The notes under the pieces were generated by a model that did not search any database, was not told where the DNA came from, and saw only the letters and a list, made by a program, of their open reading frames with translations. Shown here piece after piece: positions 55,749 to 64,000 of a stretch of DNA of 64,000 nucleotides (positions are counted from its first letter, which is position 1; each line of letters begins with the position of its first letter). The translations under genes were made by a program, and so were the position numbers. Origin of the DNA: Emiliania huxleyi CCMP1516. Its lineage: Eukaryota. Location: positions 1 to 64,000 of the forward strand of contig NW_005202427.1 of assembly GCF_000372725.1 (NCBI RefSeq). The letters run 5' to 3'.

Positions 55749-58700
55749 TCACTGGGCGGCGGCCGCCTGCTGCTCCACGTAGGCGACGAACGCGGCCTCG
55801 TCGACGGCGCGGACGAGCACGTCGCGGTTCTGCACGTCCTTGGTGATCCGGAAGGCGTACTGCGCCGACGAGTCGCCGGTGAAGGTGCTCGACGCGTAGT
55901 ACGCCGAGCAGTCGTGCACGGAGAGCTGGCGCGCGTGCGTCTCGAACTCCTCGCCGTCGACCGAGGCGGGCAGCGGCGGCTCGGCGCCGTACTGCACTGT
56001 GTGCAGGTGGGACGCCACGGCGTAGAGCCGGCGCAGCTCGAAGTCGAGCAGCTGCGGCGGCGAGGGGGAGAGGCGGTGAGACGCGGGCGCGGCGAGGCGG
56101 TCGCGCAGCGACGCAGGGAGGCGGCGCGAGCGGCGCGNNNNNNNNNNNNNNNNNNNNNNNNNNNNNNNNNNNNNNNNNNNNNNNNNNNNNNNNNNNNNNN
56201 NNNNNNNNNNNNNNNNNNNNNNNNNNNNNNNNNNNNNNNNNNNNNNNNNNNNNNNNNNNNNNNNNNNNNNNNNNNNNNNNNNNNNNNNNNNNNNNNNNNN
56301 NNNNNNNNNNNNNNNNNNNNNNNNNNNNNNNNNNNNNNNNNNNNNNNNNNNNNNNNNNNNNNNNNNNNNNNNNNNNNNNNNNNNNNNNNNNNNNNNNNNN
56401 AGGAGGGTGGCGGAGGGAGGGTGCGCCTGGTTGGTGTCGGTCGACGCGACCATGTACTTTTTGAACTTGGCCTCCATCGCATTCTTGAGCGCATACTTTT
56501 GCGAGTCGATGACCGAGCGGAGCAGCACAGAGATGGCGAGGTTGACGTCGTCGTTGTTGACCGCGTTGCGCAGGTGCATGCGCGCCGACGCCTCCGCCAT
56601 CCGAATGATCGACTCGATGTGCCGCACCGCGATCGTCAGCCCGCCGCCCGCCGCCTCGCGGCGCAGCTCGGTGTACACCTGCGTGATCTTGCCCTGGTCG
56701 ATGTCCTGCAGCACGGGCCGCACCTTCTGGCGCGCGTACATGATGTACTTGCGCAGCAGCGTCTGGTCGATGGCGTCCTTGGCGGCGGCGGCTTGCATCG
56801 CGCCGGCGGTGCCGAGCTCTTCGGCGCGCGGGTGGAGCCTCCTGTGCGATCCGACGACGAACTCGGCGAGGCGCTCGTCCTGGGAGGCGGGGAGTGGGGG
56901 AGGGTCGGGGGGCGGAAGGGGGGAGGGCGGGAGAGGAGGAGGGAGGAGGAGGGAGGAGGAGGTGGCGGAGGAGGAGGCGGAGGAGGCGCGCCTCGATGGG
57001 GTCGACGGTGTCCTTGACCACGCAGATGCAGTCGAAGCGCGAGAGGATCGGGTCGGTGAGGTCGACGTTCTCGGTGAAGGAGAGCGACGGGTCGTACGTC
57101 CCCTTGAGCGGGTTCGCGGCGGCGATGACCGCGCAGCGCGCCTGCAGCGTCGCGATGATACCCGCCTTGGAGATGGAGATGGACTGCTGCTCCATCGCCT
57201 CGTGGATCGAGGTGCGGTCGGCGTCGTTCATCTTGTCGAACTCGTCGATCAGGCAGACGCCCTTGTCGGCGAGCACGAGCGCGCCGCCCTCGAGGGTCCA
57301 CTCGCGCGTGACCGGCTCCTTGTGCACCGAGGCGGTGAGGCCGACGGCGGTGGCGCCCTGCCCGGTGGTGTAGATTGCGCGCGGCGCCGTCTTCTCGACG
57401 TACTTGAGGAACTGGGACTTGGCCGTGCCCGGGTCGCCGAGGAGGAGCACGTTGATGTCGCCGCGGATGCGGTGCTTGCTCGACACGTCCTTGCACTGGC
57501 CGCCAAACATGGAGAGCGCGATGGCCATCTTGATGTTGGAGTGGCCGTGGATGGAGGGCGCGACCTGGGAGGGGTGGAGGAGGGGGGGGGGGGATGGAGT
57601 GGGACGGCGGTGAGAGTGACAGGGGGAGGAGGAGGGAGAAGAGCGGTGAGGGGAGGGACGGGGGGGGGAGAGGGGGGGGGAGGGCAGAGCAGGGGCGGTC
57701 GGGGAGCACCGAGCGGAGAATCTTTTGCCGGATCTGCGGGTCCTTTGCGAGCCGCTGGATCTCGCGCTCCTCGTCTTCCGTGAGGGAGTTGCGGTCGGCC
57801 TCGTCCTTGCGCTGCACGTGGTTGGCCTCGACCGAGGTCGAGAAGACCGGGAAGCCCGTCTTGCGGTTCATCTCCGAGTCGAAGGACGTGTTGTACACGC
57901 CGGTCACCTCGACCTCCTCGCCTGGCCGCACCGTGTCGATGAGGTCCTGGTGCGGGAGGCGGCGCGGCGGGTCAGAGCCGGGGACGTGCGTGCGGGGAGA
58001 GGGAGAGGGGGGGAGAGCGAGGGGGAGAGGGGGGGGGGGGGAGCCAGAGAGCCAGAGGGGGAGGGAGGGAGAGGGGGGGAGAGAGAGGGAGAGGGGGGGA
58101 GAGGGAGAGGGGGAGAGGGGAAGGGGAAGGTGGGAGGGCGAGAGCGGAGGGAGGGGAAGAGAGGGAGGGGCGGAAAGAGAGAAGGGAGGGGCGCCGCGCG
58201 CCCACGTCAGGATGACCTCCTTGTGGCGCGGCAGCCGGCCTGCGGGCACCGAGCCGGGCGACTCCTGCAGCGTCACCTTTTGGTAGTTGCAGTAGACCGT
58301 CTGCTCGGTGTTGAGGACGTACGGCCCCTTGGCTTGGCACGAGGGGCAGACGTGGCCCGACATCTTCGGCTCGGGGCCGGAGACGGAGAAGGGGCCGAGC
58401 ACGTACCCGCAGTTGGTGCAGTTGTACCTGCACACCTTGAGCTGCGGGAAGACGGACGAGCGGCGCGTGACGACGCCAGAGACCTTGACGAGGCACCCCA
58501 TGTGGATGAGGCGGAGCTCGCGGATGGAGTCCTGGATCGGCAGGTCGGTGACGCGCACGTGGATGCGCGGGCACGTGTCCGGGTAGTCCGGGTACATGAT
58601 CCGCACCACGTCCATCGCGGCCGTGTCGAGCAGCTCGAACATCTCCTTTGGCGCGTCGGCGACCCAGATGGCGAGGATGGGCACCTCGCGCGAGAGGTCG

Positions 58701-59413
58701 AGGTAGGAGACGTCGAGCGACTCGCGGTTGGCGGAGCACATCTGCCGCACGAGCGTCGCGTACTTGGACGAGCCGCCGCCCTCGCCGGACGCGCTCTTGC
58801 GGTCGAACTGCGTCAGGAAGCGCTTGAAGCGCCGCTTGACCTCCTCGCCGACGGCCGGCGTGCGGATCCACTCGGCGAGGGTCTTGTTGGAGTACTCCTC
58901 GAGGTTGATGCCGCTCTCCTCGTCGTCGATGATCTGGTCCACCGTGTCGGCCGCCTCGGCGCCCTGCTCGGGCTCCTCGCGCCGCCGCCGCCGCGGCCGC
59001 GACTCGCCCTCCTCGTCGTCCTCGTCGAGCAGCGCCGCCGGCAGGCGCGACGTGGTCTCGCGCGCCTCGCGCGCCTCGAGCTCGGCCTCGGCGGCGGCGC
59101 GGGCGCGGGCGTCGATCCCACCGTACTCCGCGTGGTCGATCCCGTCCTCCTCGTACTCGTCGAGCGCCCCCATCGGGCGGTAGTCGGCGTGCATGTCGTC
59201 GCCGATGAGCTCCTCGCCATCCTCCTCCTCCTCGGCGAGCGGGTCGGGCCGCGGCGGCGCGGACTGCGCGGGCTGCTCGGGCTGCGGCGTCCCCTGGGAC
59301 GCCGCACCCTCCTCCGCCGGCAGCGGGCTGCCCTCGGCGCCGCTCGCCGACCCCGAAGGGCTCGCCGACGGCCCGCCGCGTCCGCGGCCGGAGCGTGTGC
59401 GCTTTGGTGCCAT
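55749..59413 (-). CDS. MCM2: DNA replication licensing factor MCM2, multi-exon, spans a gap
   Basis: Acidic N-terminus ([23 protein letters not shown]), C4 zinc finger, [43 protein letters not shown]. Confidence 0.97.
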
Positions 59414-59689
59414 CCTGCGGGCGGCGGAGAGGGAGGAGCAGAGGAGTGAGGGGAGGTGGGCTTCTGAGGGGGTGTGCAACGATTCGCCAGGTGGAGGGCT
59501 GGAGGCCTTCGCGCCTTTTCGGATCCGTATCTGTGCTTCCCGCCTATCCGTGTCCCGCTCGACGGGTTTTTTCTTTTTTTTTAGAGAGCCTTCGAAAGAG
59601 ACACCTCACATGACCCCACACACGGTCTAGTCCGGCCTCGCGGTCGACGGAGATTGCTAGGACGAGCAAGCCTGCTCTAGCCTCACGCG

Positions 59690-59955
59690 TTCTCCCCTGT
59701 CGTCTGTTGTGTTGTTGTGCCCTTGTTTGTTTGTTCTCTTGGCACCTTGGAGTGCTGGGGGGGGCGACAGGGAGGATGTGGCCTTGAGTTATGTGTACGC
59801 CAACTCAGGGTGTGTGGCAGCCAGCTGGCTGTGTGTCTTGTGAGCTTGTTTGTGTCTGTGTGTCGTTCGTGCGTGTCGTCATCATCTGTCCCGCGTCCAC
59901 CCATACCGCGTTGGTGTCCAGTCCGAGCCCGACTGTTGTTCATCTTTCTACATAC
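59690..59955 (+). mobile_element. Retroposon family C copy
   Basis: Reverse complement of 31850-32130. Confidence 0.75.
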
Positions 59956-60628
59956 ATGCCTTCGTTGTTAAAATAATACAAACCCAATGGTCCCTTGCGA
60001 GCGGTCCCCTGTCGCAGTCGCACACACGCACACGCCTCACCGCACCTTTTAGTACAGCGTGCCGCTAGCCGACTCTCTCGTTCTTCATAGCTGCCAGCAT
60101 TGCAGCTTTCCTTTTGCGTAGGAAAGAAAAGAATAACAGAAGATAACAGAGGCAAGAGGAGCAGTTCCCGGGGCCTAAATTTCTTTTCCTCCCAGGGAAG
60201 TGTCTCGCTTCCGCTTCAATGTGGTAGCGGGGGCGTGTGGCTGTTGGCCGGCCGGCAGTGTTGGAGATGAGCCCGAAGTTGTGCTCTGGAAGAGAAGCGT
60301 TGCATGCACGTGGTACTAGTAGTACAGCAGGGTGAGAATTATGAAAAACGCCGGAATTCGGACGAGTACTCTCGCCTGCACAAATTCGATAAGTGGGACA
60401 AGGAGGGATGCGTCCAGGGGTGGCACGTCCTGGAGTTTGAGGCGTGCTCCCTGGGGTGTCGACGGGCCCCCGTTTGCGACGGGGGTGCTCTCCGGCCGCG
60501 GCGGCCGAAAACGGGGACCTCCAACTAGGTCCAACTATGAAGTGATCCACTTGATCCAAGGGTGCCATTGTGCTCTACAACTACAAAAGTTGTGTAAGAT
60601 GCCCAAGTCTCAGACGCTGGATCCTTAG

Positions 60629-60840
60629 CACTTGGAGCACTTGGAGTGCAGTCATCAACCGCACATCCAGGGCCGGGCGCCGGGGAGCTAAGAAGCGCAC
60701 CCAGCGGGCCGGATGATTGGCATCGGGTTACGGGCTAGAGAGCCCTAGCCCCGGGGGTGCGCGTTCGCAGGGAAAGGGCCGTAAAGTAAACACGGGTCTC
60801 CGAGGGTTGGCTCCGCGCTCCGGGTTTCCCCTAGCAGCAG
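60629..60840 (-). mobile_element. (CTCCAAGTG)-tailed retroposon copy
   Basis: Matches 32661-32835 and 2725-2961. Confidence 0.7.
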
Positions 60841-60901
60841 AGCGGAGCTGAGTTCTGACGGTGTGAACACGAGCAACCGGAGTGACGACCGGGACCGGGC
60901 C

Positions 60902-61076
60902 GCACGCCGGGAGTGCCCCGACTAGCAGTGACGGGCGCGGACGAGCGAATGAGAGGTCGCTATCTGTGGAAGATGTGTTGTTAGGGACTAGGACTGCCTA
61001 TCTCTCACTGAAAGGGACCTCTCATTCGCTCGTCCGCACCCGTCACCGCTCACGGAGATCGGAGTGCTCCGCGTGC
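60902..61076. ncRNA. Candidate pre-miRNA-like hairpin
   Basis: 60924-60974 pairs with 61000-61050 (22 consecutive perfect pairs in the core), 25-nt loop, looser outer stem. Confidence 0.4.
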
Positions 61077-61399
61077 CGCACCGGCCGCCGCCGGCCGCCG
61101 GCCGCTCACGGCAACGGAACAGTCTTACTACTCCGCAACGTTGAGCTGGATCATACTGAATAGTGCTCCTGAAAGCCCTCTCTCTGGGCTCTGCCACACA
61201 GTAGAGCTCACGACTAGCAGCTGTTGTGGCTGGGTATTTGTAGCCATTTTAAGGCTTCAACTGGTCCCAAAATAGTAGCAACACCTCATGAAAATCAGTC
61301 AAAAACGCCCCCAAAAATCGGCGCCTGCGGCGGGCTACCTGGGGCTGCGCCCCAGACCCCCTTGACTGGGGGGACCCCCCCCAAGAGCACCCCCGGGGG

Positions 61400-61965
61400 G
61401 CGCGCACGACGTCGGACGGGCGGGGCCGCTTGCGGCGCTGCTCGCGCGGCAGCTGCTCCGAGTGGTGCCGGCCCTCGCGCAGGGCCTCGTCTATGCGGCG
61501 CTGCGCGGCGTCGGCGGGCATGTCGCAGGCGGGACGAACGGGCGGAGAAGATGGACCGGCAGCCATCGGCCCGTTCCGTCCTCCTCTCGAAGCACCCTCA
61601 CCTGGCGCATCGCCGCGAGCGGTGAGACGGCCCGAGTGCCCTGGCCGAGCCGCGCCGTGCCCAGCTCTTCCTCTGGCAACTCGCCGACCACGTACACGTG
61701 GGCCCAGGATGAGCCGTGCTCCGGCTGGCCAAACACGGGGAGCGCTCGCGCGAGCAGCGCGCCAAGGGCGGATCCCAAGTTGGGAAAGTACATGCGCCGG
61801 GCCTCCGCAAACTGCTCCTGCGCGCCGACGACTTCCGTGACGCCGAGCTGAAAGAGGTCGATCTCGCGCACGTGCATGGATGGTGGCGAGCGTGACACCG
61901 CCGACGCGCAGGGAGACGAAGAGCGGGTCCTCTATGACAACCATCCTGTGTGTGCCGCAGATTGC
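61400..61965 (-). pseudogene. Frameshifted or spliced hypothetical coding segment
   Basis: Protein-like text split over two frames (MVVIEDPLFVSLRVGG.. / HVREIDLFQLG..RWLPVHLLRPF). Confidence 0.25.
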
Positions 61966-62115
61966 GGCGAGCGCGCAGACCAAAAACGCTTTCAGCGGAA
62001 GAAAAAGCCCCGGCGAATTCTTCTCCCAGGCACTCCGCGTTATTTTGTCGTGTTTCCATGTGTGCTGTGAGAGAGGCTTTAGCCATCCGGTCCTGGGCGC
62101 CAAGATATCAAAGCC

Positions 62116-63530
62116 ATGTCTGTCCGGACCTCGCGACGCAGCGCGGGTCTGCTCGGCAGCGAGTACGAGGTATCGATCGCTGCTCCGCCAGCGTCACACT
62201 GCTGCACCGGCATCAGCGCCTTTCGGCGCCAGGTCGCCTCATGCACGCTTGCGGGCCTCTCCGTCTTCACGCTGGGAGGCCTCTGCTTTGGGTGCGGCTC
62301 TCCTCCTTCGCACCCCGTCCACGACGTCCACAAAACACGTCCATACCGTGTTCGCAGGTTTGACTCCGTCTACCCGGTCCTGTACTCGAGCGGCGCTTTC
62401 CTCGACCTGTGCGCGGCCGACGAGGCGGCCGCCTGCGCGGCGCGAAGCGGCGAGGAGCGCCAGCGCAGCTGTTGCAAGGCGCAGGCGTCGTCCTTTGTCT
62501 CGCTCTCCTCCGTCTCCCTCTTTGCCGCCGACGGAGTGATGGTCGCGTACGGAGAGCTGATGGACCGCCGCGGCGCCCGCTGGTGCATCTCCATCGCGCT
62601 CTGTCTCGTCTGCACCGGCCTCGCTCTGCTCTCGATTGCCGGCTCGCTCGGCGCGTCCTCCCCGGCCGCACTCTGGTGGATCGCGTTCCCGCTGATCGGG
62701 CTGGCGGGGCCGGGCGTCTTCATGGCGGCCCTGTCATTCGGGGAGGCGCCGCCCAGCCCTGCAGCAGCCACTCACCTCGCGGGTCTCTGCCCACGAGGTC
62801 CCCCCGCCGCACGTCCGCAGCTCTTCCCGAACCTCGAGTCCGTCATCGCCCCGCTGGCGGCGTCCATGTTTGACGGCTCCGCCTTTGTGTTTCTGCTCTG
62901 GAAGCTCCTCTTCTTGCGCGCCGGCCTGCCCCTCTCCGCCATCGCCGCGGCCTGGCTCTTCCTCTCCGTGCTGGTGGGCGGCTCGACCTGGCGCCTCCCT
63001 CTCTTCGCCCGGCGGCACACCCCAGCGGGTCCCCGACTGGCCGCGGGTGTGGGCTCTAGGTCGCTCCTCCTGTCCAAGCGGCAGACCGAAGGGATGCGGG
63101 CGGAGCGCGAGGCGTCCTTCGCCGAGCGGGTCGACGAGCGCGCGCCCGTCTCTGAGCCGGCGCTGAGGGCAGCCGTCGTGTGGCACTCGGAGGGAGACGG
63201 GCTGCGCCAGCTGCTCTGCCGGACCGACAGCCTGCTCCTGCTCCTCTTCATGTGCACCGCAAACCTCAACCAGACTTTCTACCTCGAGACGTTACCACGC
63301 ACCCTCCGCGCGCGGCCGCCCGCCTGAGGGACGGCCGTGACGCACGTCCACGACACGTTAGGTTCGCCGACCAGCTCCGCGCGACCGCCGCGAGCGGCGG
63401 GTCGCCGCTGCGGCCCGAGCAGGCGGAGCAGATCGTCGAGCTCTTCGACGTCCTGTTCCCGCTCCTCTCGGTCGGCACCACGCCCCTCGCCATCGGCCTC
63501 GTCAACCGGCGCGCAGACCAACGCCGCCGC

Positions 63531-63561
<31 letters not shown>

Positions 63562-64000
63562 GCGCCGCAGCCGCGCGCCACAGCCGCCGCCACAGCCTCC
63601 GACGCCGCTGCCGCGCGGCCGCACGAGTACCAGCGCCGTCGCCGCCGCGTGAGCCCCGCCCCTCTGCTGCAGGAGCCCCGCCCCTCTGCTGCAGGTACGC
63701 CGGGCGAGAGCACGCCTACCTCGGCGCGGTGGTTTGCCTCTCCTGCGCCTTTGGCCTCACCCAGCTGGCGCCGTCGTTCGGGCCGCAGCTCGTCGCCGCC
63801 GTCCTCTTTGGGCCGGCGCGCACGCTGCAGTGGGCCTGCTACTTCCACTTCCTCGCTTCGCCCAGCCGCTACCCGCCCGCCGCGATGGGCCGCGTGGTCG
63901 GGTACGCCAACTTGGTTATCGCTCTCTTCGGCGACCTCCCTCCCAGCTTGCTGGACGCCTACATACAGCACGGCGCATTCCCCTCCGACGTGCCCTCCCG
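62116..64000 (+). CDS. MFS transporter, SLC43/FMP42-like, multi-exon, runs off the right edge
   Basis: GG..FGFDS..PVL...GAF.DLC..C..Q, YGELMDRRGAR, LFP.....I...FDGSAFVF; many transmembrane segments. Confidence 0.75.

Noticed and set aside
56407..59449. Long plus-strand ORFs opposite MCM2, and similar shadow ORFs elsewhere
   Set aside because: Antisense frames stay open because of high GC codon bias; no motifs.

Overview
GC-rich eukaryotic nuclear DNA with three assembly gaps (9673-10406, 21117-21487, 56138-56400). Frequent GC-AG introns, TTAGGG-type telomeric repeats and the gene set suggest a haptophyte such as Emiliania/Gephyrocapsa huxleyi (inference). Recognisable genes: a TAZ-zinc-finger protein running off the left edge, a multi-AP2 protein, MsrB, a DUF501 protein, an Sfi1-like repeat protein, a PTPMT1-like phosphatase, an F-box/Kelch protein, VPS55, a U-box-like/ZNF598-like protein, NDUFA13, a Ttd14-like AAA protein, a calponin-homology protein, an alpha/beta hydrolase, MCM2 and an SLC43/FMP42-like transporter. 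Intergenic DNA is packed with nested non-autonomous elements: TIR elements with 8-bp target duplications, a TA-flanked MITE, a deleted copia element, and several 5'-truncated retroposon families. The most unusual structures are (i) a ~1.7-1.9 kb imperfect palindrome centred near 16,703, (ii) a complete miniature LTR element with CG...CG rather than TG...CA ends, (iii) a 2.8-kb block carrying a 179-bp satellite and two internal telomeric tracts, and (iv) a miRNA-like hairpin at 60.9-61.1 kb. All alignments and coordinates were made by eye; family assignments come from recalled motifs, not database searches.
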